Positions 1-15,359 of a stretch of 64,000 nucleotides of DNA are shown here, piece after piece. The number at the start of each line of letters is the position of its first letter. Positions within the stretch are counted from its first letter, which is position 1. Below the pieces are notes generated by a model. That model saw nothing but the letters and a program-made list of their open reading frames with translations. It had not been told where the DNA came from and did no database searches. This stretch comes from the human T2T-CHM13v2.0 reference genome, Homo sapiens: NCBI RefSeq assembly GCF_009914755.1, contig NC_060934.1. One strand, 5' to 3'. Position numbers and translations under genes: made by a program.

Positions 1-861
1 GCCACGTTTTTAGAATATAGTAGTCATTCAATAAATAATAAGGTGCTCCTATTATTAAACCTAAATATCAGGATACCATTATTGCAAAAGAGAAGGCTTA
101 TCTCTATAAGGCTACAGACTGCATTATACTTCTTCAAGCTCAGACCCAAGTACAAGACCCAAGCATTCCACTTTGTCAGTAAGCAATCTCATGAAATAGA
201 GTCTGAGTATTAAGGCTTTTTGAAAAGTTTTAAGCTGGACTCAAGAGTAGCCTTTATTTGACTTATCTAGAATGTCTTCCATACTATAGGAGTGGCAGGA
301 GGCACAGAGGAGCTACTGATAGCCTGCAGCACCTTGGTGTGCTTCTAAGTTGCCTTTTGGCTAGAATCAAAACATAATTTATGATATATCTCAACACAGA
401 CAAACCTAGGAATGGCAATTTGGCCACAGGTGAAAAATTTATCTAAACGAAGTATCTAACCCACGAGGCAACAATTGCCAATTAATTAAGTTTTAATATA
501 GATGTCAAGAAGACAGGACTACAAATATCTAAGAAATGTATGGGTACTTGGTTTAACATTGTGGGCTAACATCTATATGTGCATATGTAGAATATCTTTT
601 ATATGTGGTTAAAGCTTTTAAAGTCAAACTATACCACAATATATTTATATGAAAATTCTGCTATTAAATATTTATTCTGTTAATATATTCAATTTTTAAA
701 GCTTAACACAAATGAATTATCCATTGAAGTTTGCATTACTGAACCTAAATATCTAGGAAAAAATGAGGCAATCTCTTCATAAAGAAAGGCAGTGGAGGGG
801 CGGAAGAGGTACTTTCATACATAAATGTAAATCATATATTTATTCATAATTTTGTTACCTT

Positions 862-885
862 TATATATATATATATATATATATA
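862..885. repeat. (TA)n microsatellite
   Basis: About 11-12 TA units. Confidence 0.9.
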
Positions 886-913
886 ATCATACCCACTTAA
901 AATCAATTGAGTC

Positions 914-1262
<349 letters not shown>

Positions 1263-3089
1263 CTAGATTTGGGACCAAATGACTTGGGTTTAAAGTCTCA
1301 TTTCACTTCTCACCTGGTTTGTTTTCTTAGGCAAATTATGCTGAGCTTCAGTTTCTTTATCTGTATTCTGAGAATAACACTGGACCTATCAACCTACCCC
1401 ACGGAAATCACACAGGAACCAAGAGGCAATGGTTTACAACTGATACCAGGGGATCTTCATGGTACCACTACAACACTCCCCATACCTCTCTCACCACACC
1501 CCTAAACCTCCCTCTCCTATACCTCCTCCCTCCACATCCCTATGCCCCTCCCTCCACCCACTCAAGGAAGCCAGCCTTTTAACTGATCTATGTATTGGAG
1601 AACCATGTAAGAGTCTGTTTGGAAAAAGCACTCTGCTAAAAACAAACAAACAAACAAACAAAAAAAACCAAGTTCGAAAAAGCTACACTATACAATAGCA
1701 GTTTCCTCTCATAAAAAACTTGAAAAATTCATCAAAGACATTGTACAATTACTCTAACATTTAATAAAGTACCTCTGGTTTTTCATGCCAAAAAGTATCC
1801 ATTAGGTATACATAAAACTACTTCAATAATGACTGCTGACTAATCAAACTGATTCAACTAAAGAATACTTGAGACATTTATAGTGAAATTAATGAGTGAA
1901 ATTTATTCTAAAGAAATTCCCACAGATTCAAAATAATTATGTTATGATTACAGAATTACTAGTAAGTCCCAGAACTGCTGCCAGAAACACAATTATAGCT
2001 GTATTTAATACAAAGAACACTTTAAAACAGCTTTGGATATTAGGAAGATTATGTTTAAAAAATACAAGCCTCTGCATTGTCTGAGAGGCAGGTGACAGCA
2101 GTGCTGTAAACAGACATTCTTGGTTGAGCAAGTTTCAGCTTGGCAGTGTTCCAAAAAAGAAAAAGGGGAGGAAAAAAAAGACTGCACGATAGACACATAT
2201 TAAGAAGTTTGTTTTGTTTTACCATCCTAGAGGGTTGAGTGAATACAAAATAAAAAGGTTCTCTCAGATATGGTAACAGATTAGCCTCTGCTCCAGAGAA
2301 ACAAAATAGTGGATGGAAATTCATGCTAGTTTTGTTCTAACTGCATCACAGATTTTCAAAATCATCTCTAGATTTCATGAGCAGTCGCTACTATGTGCTG
2401 GACTTACATTTATTTAGTTTTTATCTCAGCATCTCCAATGTGGACATTCTTTAAAGTTTATTTACTCTGTTGGATTTGCAGTAGAAACTTTAGGAGGACA
2501 GCCAAAGGAGTACCATTTAAACCAACGATCCCAAACCAAAGAATGAGTAGGAACCTGCTGGCATGCAATTATACTGAACTACCAAGAGAACAGGAAACAT
2601 GCAAGAATCGGGCTTCACTAAGTCCTTCCTTTCCTCTTATGCTTGTGTTTATTTGTAGAATATTAAATGCAGGAAAAATCCTAGACAGATAGAAGCCTAG
2701 CCAGCTCAGGCTCCTTGTTTAGAAAACTGCCATAACTTCCTTAGCCAGATGTAATTTATATGGATGAATATAAATTACATGCAAAATTCTGTTTTGACAG
2801 TTCCTTAATGTATGCACCCTCAATAACACAGTACCATGCAATGATGGATTTAAAATCAGAGATACTTTAGAAGAAATACAGATGGATCAGAAAATGACAA
2901 AGGTCTCTAGGTACACACATAGTCTACAGCAATGATCCATGAAAGAGGCATCTGTCTATTACACACAGGATACAATATACTTGGGCTTCAACTAGCCCCC
3001 TGAGCCTCCAGCTCTACCACTCGGCACTTGATTTTCATGCTCCAACATTTCCCTGTATGAATAAGTGAGTTACTCATTCACACAAGCGT

Positions 3090-4025
3090 CTTCTAAGTAT
3101 TAGTATGTCTAGAGACTGACAACTACAAATGTGCATCTCAAGGTCATTATACTAACCAACAACTCTGCTCCTGCTTTCCAATAACACTCAAGTCCCAAAC
3201 TGAACTTTGGCTAGGTCCCACTCTCAATCCTTTCCCTTCCCCAAATTTCTCTTCGTAACATCACTATCCACACCACTGCTTAAGCCAAAGCTTTGAATGA
3301 TTCTCTCCCCTTCCATACGCCCCAAACCCTCCCTATCACCTCGCAAGCAATCCAGAGGCAAGTATCATCAATTTTACTTCTACAATACGCCTCAAATCCA
3401 TCCACTTTTTTCCTTCTTCAGCAGAACCATTCTGGTTCAATTCATCATCATCTTATGCCTAGAAGTCTCTTAACTGTTCTGTTCTCATCTATTTTTGCTG
3501 CCTCACAATCAGTTCACCAGGTAACAGTCATACGAATCTTTTTAACATAGGTCATGTCATTCCCTTGACTTAAAAGCCTTTATGACTCTCAACTGCATTG
3601 TGAATAAAACCCATTTCTTTACTAAGCCTTTTGAGGTCCTACACAATTTGGTCACTGACTGCCTGCCTCTGTAATCATATAGTGGGCTACCCTCCTCCTC
3701 GCTGACCCCATTCCAGCCAGGCTGGCCTTCCTACAGTTACTGGAATGTCCCAGGACGACTCTTCCCTAGGATCTTTATCCATGCCTCTGCGCTAGCATTC
3801 TTTATATAGACAGTTTTTTCCATCCTTCAGGTCTCAGTGACGTGGCACCTTCTATGAAAGGCTTTCCCTGACCATCCATGCTAAAGTGAAGCCCCCATTT
3901 TAATATTTTCACAACAACCTGTTCTTTCTCTTAACAGTTTTTTAATAATTTGTAACTATATATTTACTTATCTAGCACCCTTTTTGGTATGCAGTAGGCA
4001 TCTTTTTAACTGAATGAATTAATGA
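3090..4025 (+). mobile_element. L2 LINE 3' fragment
   Basis: Typical L2 3' motifs (catgtcattccct...aaagcc, tccttcaggtctcag), ending tgaatgaattaatga. Confidence 0.7.
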
Positions 4026-4053
4026 GGACAAGTACTTTAGGCGAGGCTAATCA

Positions 4054-4269
<216 letters not shown>

Positions 4270-4383
4270 TTACTACAATTATACTACAATTACTAGTTCA
4301 TATGTTTGATTACTATCAGAAACAATTAGTTCAACAATTTCTACAATGGCCTAAAATAGATAACTATTTTAAATTCTACCTAC

Positions 4384-4414
4384 CTATGTAATTCTTTTTC
4401 ATTCTTCAATTTAT
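4384..4414 (-). CDS. FAM204A: FAM204A coding exon 3 (DKLKNEKELHS, 31-nt small exon)
   Basis: Acceptor ttcttttcag|ata, donor TAG|gtaggt. Maintains the frame between the flanking exons. Confidence 0.92.
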
Positions 4415-4529
4415 CTGAAAAGAATTCACAAAGTGTCAATACCTAACTTCAGTAATTTCAAAACCATATTTTAAAAAAATGGTTAAACTCAGTCACAACT
4501 TAGCATTAGCACGCGAACAACCTGAGTTA

Positions 4530-4628
<99 letters not shown>

Positions 4629-5156
4629 CTATGTAAAAGAAAAAAAAATTGAGAAGCAAATATACTTTCCAGAAAAACATGCATTTAAAAAATAATGAAG
4701 TAATAAAACAATTATATTTCAGCGTGTATAAAGATACCAATTTAATGATGGTAGTCAGTTCTTGAGATGCTCTATTCTCTGAGACTCACAACCTGAGTTT
4801 TGATATTCACTTGTTTTGAAATAAGTCATTTGATAATTTGAGAGTGAAGCTCATGTAGGTAACAAAAAAGATAAATAAAAGGTTAAATAAAGACAGAAAC
4901 TACTCATGTACCACGCTAGGCAAACAGCTAATACTACATAGTGGTTTGGGTTTTTTTTTTTTCCCCCTCCGTCTTTCTATGAAAAACAAAACAAAATAAA
5001 CGCAAGTATCTAAGTGGCCGATGCCTCAGAGAACAGTAAAAGCATTCTGAGTCCATCTCCCTCCCTGTTAAGTCCCAAGAATACATGCACATTCTGACCA
5101 GGGCAGAGACACACAGAGGCATGTGCACACACACAGGCTGTAGCAAGAGCATTTCA

Positions 5157-5525
<369 letters not shown>

Positions 5526-6609
5526 CTAAACTTTTTTTTTTTAATCTAAAATGGCATAGAATGAACCTGTTATAAAATAATTAAAATCTTCACTTGTGTA
5601 AGTAAAAAAAAAGTTTAGAAGTTTAAAAGCTGTTTAAACAAGTTTGTTACAACATACACCTACAGGTAAAGAAAATAGAGCCTTGATTCTCTAATATATG
5701 AGTAGTTTTGTCTAAAAAAAACATGAAATTCAGTAAAGCATTGCTCAAGAATGTTAAAAACCTAACAACATACTGTGCAAGCAATTTAGGATTAAAATAC
5801 CATATTTGAAGCTATACCAATTAGAGAATAAAACTGCATGTTTCACCTATATTTAATGGACAAAGCTTTCAGAGGGCGTCTTGTCTAAGGAGCAGGAAAA
5901 TAACTAAAGGAAAATTTTTAAGCTACATAAGTAGTTGGAGGAAGGTATCGTAGTAAAAAGGATATCCTACTTTTTAGTTTAATACTGTTTGCTAAAATAA
6001 TATTAAATGAAATATAATCCTAACAATTTAACAAAAATGTACAGCTTTTTAAAGTAACAATACTATATTTGGGAAACTAATGGTCAAGTTCAAGATAATA
6101 TTTAGCATTAGCTATACAGTCCATTAGTAGAGAGAACCATTAAGTTTAATAAAATGACTTAAAATAGCAGAATTGTTATCATTTGCTAAAAGTATAATAC
6201 TCAAGTACATACTCACTATTGATCTTCATGGCACAGTCTATTTTAGCACATATATTGAGCCAAAACCAGTTCCTTCAAAAGATGCTTAAAATAGAGAAGC
6301 CGGTTGTACTGCTCATGATTTACTATCAATATGAAGGAATGAAATGGAAGGACGGAAATTTGTTTTGCAGTTTTCTGTCCCATATTGTGATTAACCTAGT
6401 TAAAAAACAAACAAACAAACAAAAGAAACCACCATTCTCTCTGAGACAAACACATCAGGGATTTTGTGATAACAGATTTCTCTTATCTTTTAAAGACCTC
6501 CTTCCAGGTCCAAAGAATCAGATCTTACTTTTTGTGGCTTTGGTCCAGCCTCATCAGTTGCTGGCTCTCTGAAATATCCTCACCAAATATTCTGTTGGCT
6601 TTTTATGAG

Positions 6610-6840
6610 GAAGGACTCTGGCATCTAACTGCTCCAACTAGAATCTTAACTCTGACACTACTAGTAGTATGAGGAAATCATTTGACATCTCTGACCCTCA
6701 ATTTCTTTATCTGTAATGCAGGGATAATTATACTGCTTATAGGGCTATTCTGAGGATTAAATGAGATAAGCCCCTCAACACAGTGTTTAGGAGGTCCTAG
6801 GGGCTCAATAAATGTTAAGTTCTCTTTGCTATTATTATTT
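6610..6840 (+). mobile_element. MIR SINE
   Basis: Core ctcaatttctttatctgtaatgcaggg...gaggattaaatgagataa...ctcaataaatgtta. Confidence 0.8.
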
Positions 6841-9800
6841 CTGTGGCCATGTATTACATTTTTATCATTTCTATTATGAGTGACAGGGTTCATAAGATAG
6901 TTTTGAAGTTTCTAATAATTGTGGTGCACTCACTTAGCAACTGATGCAATCATTTGCTTCCTTGATAGTCACAATCTGATGTGAAGTGTCTATAACAAAT
7001 GTTAGTGTTTGGTTTTCTGAATGGAGGAATAAAATGAGGGCAAATTACTAGGAAGATAATGGTAACCTTAAGCTCCAAGATTCCTCATCTGCACAGGTCC
7101 TTCCAAAGCACTGTACCTAGTTTTCTATTCAGAATTTACATTTCTTTGTTTAAAGGAAGAAACCCGAAGTTATATAAGCTCCAGGCCCCATAAAACCCAG
7201 ATCTATCCCTAAACCTGTCTGTGGATTTTTAAAGTTGGGACAGCAGTACTCTTGAAATACTCCAATAGCACAAAAGACATCATGTAAAATATGCCAATAT
7301 TGAAAAACAGGTGTCATGCTATTAATAAAAAAGATTTCTCCTGTTCTGAGAGCAAGGGGAAGGAAGCAGTAATAAGTTCCAGTATGACTTGGCCACCGCC
7401 ATATAATATACCTTTAGGCTCATTATCATTTAAGGACTTAAAACAGTAACAAATTTCAGGTTTGGATTTCTTAGCATCACTGGAGTCTATGTTAGAAATA
7501 ACTCTTTCCCTTCCTGTCCATAAAATATTTTACATGCCCACTTATGTGCCAGACACTCTTCAAGACCCTGGGGACAGAAGTATATAAAACAGGCAAAAAT
7601 CCCTAGCCTCACGAAATGACAGCTATACACATAGCAAGTTTCTGCTCAGTTTTTGAGCCAAGTATTCCTTGACCTGGACTTTAGATGTGACTGCTCATGA
7701 AACGTGTATGCCTCTCCAATGGGCAGTGGCACAGGTCTCCTACTAAACCACTGTTTTAGCATCTCTGCAGGGTGATAGTCTATGCTCTGGGCACCCAAAC
7801 ATGCTTCCCTCTGGGAAGCAGTCTCAGTTGCCCCGAAGAAGGCATGCTTTTTGCTGTTGTTGTTGCTAATCAGCCTTCAAGTAGTTAGGCATTTTTTATG
7901 GCTTTTTAAATTTTCTCAAAATTATATATTTTTAGCTCCTGCTCATGTGGCATTAAAAACTGTCCTCAGTGTGGCATCTGCCTGGTATGATAATTTCTTG
8001 AGTGTACCCAAAGGAAAAAAAATTAAAATAGTTTGAAAAAGGTGGAATCCACCTCTAAATCCAGGCAAAATTCAAATCAGGTAGGTTTTGAATTCCACTC
8101 TTTAGAACCTTTAGTCATGTGCCATTTTCCTGTGACTCTCAAAAAAACAAATACAAGGGAGACTGAGCAGTCACTGATAAACACGGATAACTGCTGCCAC
8201 TTACTGTGCAGCCTGCAAAATGGAGTTGCCCGTGTAAGCAGCAGCCCAGTTACAGATCAGCCAATATGGAGTGGCTGCTTAGTGACTTTTGCTTTGGACT
8301 CATGTTTCAAAACAGTCTTTCTATTCATAGCATATACTTGTCATTCACAAAGTTTCCAACTGGCACCATGTTAGGCCTCCTGTTATTCTTGTTTTGGCTG
8401 CTGTGGAGAATGATTCTCTATAAGTGTCTCTTACTTATGCCTTTCAGAGCGTATTTCTTTATTTTAAGGCAGATAATCCCAAGTTACCCTTTAACTGTGA
8501 AAATTCACTCAGCCTGTCTCCAGAAACGTGGAATATCAGAGAAACAGAAACTTAAATTTGTTTAGCATAGATTATAGCCAAGTCCATATAACAGCCAATG
8601 TATTAATTCATAAGCTTTCATTTTTTTTACCCTGCAACCCAAATAATTTTCAATTTAATCATTTTAGCCCCAAGGAAAATGTAAATGACTCAGAATCCTT
8701 TTTCTCTCTATGGTTTTGAATATCACTTTCTTCATTTTACACACCCTCCACCTCTAGAGTTAAGATTTATTCCATCCCACAATTATCCTCAAGACATTCT
8801 GTGTGTACTATGCAGAACACATCTTTAGTCCTGGGCTAACACAATTTGCCATGAACTGAAAATATTTATATACTGTCCTAGTCTGAATAACTAGGGTTTC
8901 TTGTTTGTTTGTTTGTTTGCCCTTGAAAACCACCCATCGTTATTATTTAGCATACTTGGTCAGATAACAATGAATCAAAAACAGGGTACAGTTCAGTGGT
9001 TCCTAATCTAAGTATGAATATAGTAACAGGAGTCTCTAAGCTAATTTCAAAAAGCCCAAACTATTTTATTTTTCCCCTCAGTAAGACTTTACCATTCATC
9101 ATTACAGGAAAAGACCAATTTAGTGAAGCACTATTTTTCACATGTTAATCAGAGGTTCACTGGTAGTTATAGGTCTGATTTTTATCAGAAAAAAACATTC
9201 ATAAATAAGGTTGAGTAGACACAATCTTTCAAAATAAAGCAGCCAGGGAGAAATCAAATTATAATAAAAACCGTTCTAGATTGTGCACTGGTTACAGGGG
9301 GAAAAAGTCTTCAAAGTTGGAAAATGGTTTCTAGTCCTGAGCAACATAATTAGGAGAAAGCCACTGCATTTGTCTGGGCCTCCATTCTTAAGCTATAAAA
9401 TAAAGGTTTGATCAAATGATCTCTGAGATGTCTTACAGCTCTAAAATGCCTCTTTATGATTTTGATATTATAAGTGCCCTAAATGCCCAGAGTCACCTCA
9501 CTCCTGGATGTATCACTCCATTCTCTCTAGCACTGCAATCCTGATTAGAGCCCAGTATCCAGTAGATAAGGTTTCTCTCCTCTACCTAGCAACTCAGCCA
9601 AGAGGATGTTTTCAGAGAAACTCTGTACACTTCAGGACACTGAGAAGGGGAAGGAACCCTAGTTACAACAGGAAACACTAGAACCAGAAAGGGGAAACAA
9701 AGCAAGTCACTGCTGCACATGGCATACAAACAGTGTGGCAGGCCTTGGTTTTCCACTAATCTTCACAACAACCCTTCCACTAGGAATTACTATCTATATC

Positions 9801-10713
9801 AGCCCCTCCCCTACCCGCCCCGCCCCCAATTTACAGATGGGATAACTGACTTGCCTAATGCATTCTGATCCATTTGTTTTACAAAAATAGCCCCATGGCT
9901 TTAGATTATGAATTTTACAGAGCAGAGTTGTAAGCGGGGACAAGGATTTGCGACTGGGGCTGAGAATGATCTTAGCCTATAATTACAGACTTGTTAAATT
10001 TGGTTAAGAATTTTTTTCTGTACTTTTTGAGTACAGAAAGCTATGCAAGATGCTATACTAAGTTGCATACATCAAAGTCAAAGTCACAGTCAGAGGTTTG
10101 AGTAATAATGTCATATTTTCTGGACAACCAGACAGCTGCTTATAATCAAAACCCAAAAGATATATTTGAGCAGCTCGATGGGTAAATGTTTTCCATCTCT
10201 ATTCCAGAATTTAAATTCCATTTTCATCGTATAAGGCTGTCTTATTTCCTATATTTTGTATTTGATTAGAAATAATTCCAGAAGCCTGAACTTCGTCTGA
10301 TCTAAAATTAATTTCACTTGTATACTAATTATAAGCCACAATTATTTAACAATCTGAAGATTGTAATTTACATCATAATCAGAGTCTGTGACTTAAAAAT
10401 AGTTACTATTTTCAAGCATGTTAACATCAACATTAACGTAAATATCCTATTTACTTTTATGAAATGAATGTGTTCCTTTTCTCAAAAAAGGTACAGAAAG
10501 GACAACTGAATTACAGGCCTGAGAGCGAATCCAGAAAAACTACTTATTTAGCAAGATTTTGCATGTATTCAACTGTTTTAATTAAAGAGAGTGTTCGTTT
10601 ACTTGAGGCCTGGAAAACATTTTCCCAGACCCAAGATCCTGCATGGAAAGACAATAAACCAAGTTAACAGTTCAAGGCTCATTTTAAGTCGATTCCGCTG
10701 TGAGAATACTTAC

Positions 10714-10914
10714 AGGGTCCAAGATTGCAAGAGGATGGGTCTAGAAAGGTACACCGTTCCTGCTTGGCTGCACAACCCGGAATTCTGCAGGCTTTCTGGC
10801 GGCAATGCCACACTCCAATCCCAAAAGAGAGAGAAGCCCCTCCCGGGCACAGAACTAAGCGCTGCACATTCCGGCGAAGGATGTCTAGCCTGCTGGCAGT
10901 CCCATTAACTGGAG
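10714..10914 (-). other. FAM204A: FAM204A non-coding 5'UTR exon 2 (possibly alternative)
   Basis: Donor CCT|gtaagt (acttac at 10708-10713). Acceptor uncertain: aaaacag| at 10915-10916 or ctccag| at 10909-10910. GC-rich, at the edge of the CpG island. Confidence 0.6.
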
Positions 10915-11530
10915 CTGTTTTCCGGAATACAGCAACTGTAAACGTGAGCCTGTTTTCCCTATCGACAGCCTCCTCAATCCCCTCTCACTTTGACCTGGGT
11001 GGGACGGAGAACCCCCTCCACATAACAGGCTGGGGAGGCCGCTGCGACGCCCCTTTCGAGGAAGGCTGAGGGCGGCCCCGCCGTCGCTTCCGCGGCCCCG
11101 GGCCGGGGGCTTTTCTAGCCTGCTCCGGGAGGCTCGGCCGAGGAGCTATGAGGCCGCCCATGCCGCCTCCCTCGGCTGCCCACAAGAGGCCCTCCCAGAC
11201 TCATCATGCCGGAGCCCGAACCGGCGGGTAACCAACCCTCCATAAGCCGTACTCACCTGTCAGGAAGTGGTCGCCCAGCAGCCATCTTAGGACCCCGTCA
11301 ACATCGCGCCTTCTCATTGGCTCCTGCGTCTCAACCAATGGGCTGGGGCCGTTCTGGCCCTAGGGTCGCCTTAGCAACCGGCCTCCTGGGGCTTCCCTTT
11401 TTAGTCCGCCCGAAGGAGGTGGTTCCTTTCTTTCTTTTTTTTCTCTCTTTTATCTTGCCGTTTTCTCTTTCTTCTGAACATTTTTAAAGACTTTGTTCTT
11501 TCTTCATTCCCTGCTGTAGGCCAATGCGTC
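10780..11530 (-). promoter_or_regulatory. CpG-island, TATA-less promoter of FAM204A
   Basis: The only CpG-dense non-Alu segment in the window. ETS CAGGAAGT 11261-11268, YY1 GCCATCTT 11281-11288, CCAAT boxes 11316-11320, 11335-11339 and 11521-11525, RFX X-box GTCGCCTTAGCAAC 11365-11378. Confidence 0.85.
11257..11320 (-). other. FAM204A: FAM204A non-coding exon 1 (TSS approximate)
   Basis: Consensus donor CAG|gtgagt (actcac at 11251-11256) inside the CpG island, just downstream of a YY1 motif and CCAAT boxes. Confidence 0.75.
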
Positions 11531-12133
11531 TGGGCAAGGAAAGGGCTGACATAGACCTTGAACTGAGAGTTGATGCCACCAGGAGGGAGAATCTTGCAGA
11601 GTGCTTTCTTTCTAGGCCCCTCTGCAAACGTCTTCATTCATTCATCCTTTCCCCTCACTCTCTTCCTTTTTTTTAATTTTTTTTCTTTCTTCACCTATTT
11701 ATTGGGCGCCTACTTTGTACCAGGCATCGTGCTAATCTCTGGTTAGCAGAAAACATGCTGACTCTTGCTCTCTTGGCGCCTACCGTCTGGTGATGGGGTC
11801 CAAGGTGCTTCACTGACTGGACCAAAAGTTTACCGAACTTCTTTTTTTCTTATTTGTGGCAGGCACTGTGTTATGCCCAGAAGGGGGTGCTTAGGGAACA
11901 TAGAAAATAAGGGAAAAAAAAAGAGAGAGAAAAGCACTGCGAAGAGGATAAAATACCCTATGGATAGGGATGGGAATAGGGCTATTTTAGAAATATTTGC
12001 ATTTTCCGAAATACTGTTTTATAATAAGAATAACATTAAGTGTACCTATTTGCTAATTTTGTGATGATTATATAAGAAAAGCCTGGGCAACAGAACCAGA
12101 CCCTATTTCAAAAAAAGAAAAGAAAAGAAAATA

Positions 12134-12460
12134 CAGTAGGCTTCCCTCATCTGTGGCTTCTCTTAGCCTGATTTCAGTTACCTGGGGTCAACCAAGGTCC
12201 AAACACATTAAGTAAAAAATTCCAGAAATAAGCAATTCAAATGTTTCATTGCAAGCCCATTCTGGATATCCTGATGAAATCTGCAGTGTGAATCATCGCT
12301 TTGTCCATGCATGCTGTTAGGCTACCAGGTTCTTAGTCACTTAGTAGCCATCTTGGTTATCAGATTGAAAAACTATATGTGGGGTTCGCCATTATTCCAG
12401 GATTCAGGCATCTACCGGGGAGTCTTGGAAGGTATTCCCTGCGGATAAGGGAGGCTACTG
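12134..12460. mobile_element. MER44-like Tigger/TcMar non-autonomous DNA transposon
   Basis: TIRs cagtaggcttccctcatctgtgg / gcggataagggaggctactg, flanked by TA on both sides. Confidence 0.8.
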
Positions 12461-12938
12461 TACACATAAAGACTTTAACATGTTACCTAGCCCACGCTAA
12501 TTTTCAATCTCAGCTGTTTTTTGCTGTTAACATTACCAATAATGTCTTTCTTCAAAGCAAGCTAAATGTGTATAAAATTTTGCATTGCACTCAGTAATAT
12601 ATCTCAATTTCACATCAACAGATGGTTAAGCCTATTAACTATCCACTAAACCACCTCACCTCCAACATCTTCCAGAAGATGCGCCAAGTTTAGAGAGCAG
12701 TTTTCTATAACCCCAGAATCATAGTAAAACCTGAATCAGCAAGTTTGGATCGCCGAGGTCCCTCTTCCTGTTCACATTCTCTGATTCTAGAGTAGAAGCA
12801 AGGCTGAATGAGTTAAGGATCTGTGTAAAACTATTTTGGCCAAATCTGTTCAGCTTCTCAGTAGGATTTTCCTTGAATCCAAATCTTTAAAAAGTTAAAC
12901 AGGTAACAAGAAGGTGTGCCTGAGAGTGCTGTTGTAAC

Positions 12939-13360
12939 TGCATTAGGCTTCTTAATTGCTCTTCATCTGGGGATAGCAAAATACTACAGACAAGGTAGCT
13001 TAGGCAACAGGAATTTATTTCTCACAGTTCTAGATGCTGGGAAGTCCAAGATCAAGATGCCAGCAAAGTAGGTTTTTTTTTTTTTTTTTTTTGAGGCCTC
13101 TTCTCTTGCGTGGTAGGCAGCCACCCTTGCCCTGTCGTGCTCCCATCACCTTTTCTTTATATGCACAGTTTGGGGAGCTCTCCAGTGTCTCTTCTCTGTA
13201 CTTAAAAGGACACTAATCCTGTTGGATCAGGGTTCTACCCTTCTGACCTTATTTAACCTTAATTACTGCCTTAGAGGCCACATCTCCAAACACAGCCACA
13301 CTGTGGGTTATGGCTTTAAGATAGGAATTTTAGGGGTGCACAAACATTCAGCTCATAACA
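12939..13360 (-). mobile_element. MaLR solo LTR (MLT1-type)
   Basis: TG...CA ends, tttctcacagttctagatgctgggaagtccaagatcaag, terminal acattcagctcataaca. Confidence 0.8.
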
Positions 13361-13382
13361 ATTGCTGATGGTGGAAATGTTA

Positions 13383-13783
<401 letters not shown>

Positions 13784-14797
13784 CTATATGGATCCCATCA
13801 AAGAATGCTCATTATTTAGTGCATATATTAATAAATGCAAGGGATAGAGGTGGCATATAATTATAACTACTACAAAGATTTACAAACACCAGATTTCATA
13901 GCAAAGGTTTTTGGAAAATCTTGCTTCAAAAATATCTAACATTTTAAAATTAAGTTTCTCAATACTGATTTGAGAATTCTTAATTACCTAATTGTTTATC
14001 ACATTACTGGATGCCTATAATAAATGTAAATAATAGCTCAGACTTTTCTTCTCGCTCTGGTTGTAAGAACTTCAGTTTCTGAATATTATTGTTTTGTCAA
14101 TTTTCTAGGGAAAATGTCAGTCCTTTGATTTATGTTAATCAATAAATTTACCTTTCTTCCAGCAAATTCCTGCCCTGGAAGCCTGCCAAGCCATGAGTTT
14201 TGTGAATGAAATACTTGTATTTGTGAGATTTCTATGAAATGTAGAATTGTTGGATACCTTTTACTAAATCATAGTGAAATATCTGATGCAGCTAGTGAAT
14301 TGTGCTTGAATTGTGTTGCATCTGGCACTAATTTCAAGCATGTAGCTTTCATTTAAATTCTCAACCGTATCTTTAAAAACACAAAGCAGTTTTTCTTTGC
14401 CAAGAAATATTATAGTTTATGAACAGTTTTTCCTTACATTTAACAATTTTTTATTGTAGAGATTATAAGTCACACCTATGTTATGAAAGATTAATTGTGG
14501 AGTTCTTTTTGGTGGCTGCTAAATCCTGGATTGATGAATAATTTCTCAAAATATAATGAAACCCCTTAAATATTTTTAAGTTGGAAAAGTGAATACAACT
14601 TTGTTGAACATATAATAAATGTGCTTCTTGCTGAAACTGAGAAAGAGAATATTAATTTCTTTCTATACAAACACCTCTTTTTTGGCATTCAGAGGAAAAA
14701 GGGATTTAGTGACTTAAGCAAAAGAATTGAAACCAGGGAGCTCTGAATTTCAGGATTCATGTTGATATCCTTCATGATTAAGGAATGACAATTTATC

Positions 14798-15117
<320 letters not shown>

Positions 15118-15359
15118 CTCTATCTGGATATTTTTAGGTTTGCAAACTGAAGCATCTATAAACAATGTTAGTCTTCCAAGAATATGTTGAATAACTAACA
15201 CTACGATATCAACAGGACTTGACATTTGAGAAAACAAAATTTCTGTAATATAGAATGTTGCCAAAGAAAAGCACTTTTTATTTATTGGTCATGTCTAGTA
15301 CTTCCAAATTTTTCAGTTCCAATAGGTTGTACATAGGGAGAAAGCAGAACAGGAGAGGG

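Noticed and set aside
10464-11637. Several overlapping 60-114 aa ORFs at the promoter
   Set aside because: Expected in GC-rich CpG-island DNA; no recognisable protein similarity.
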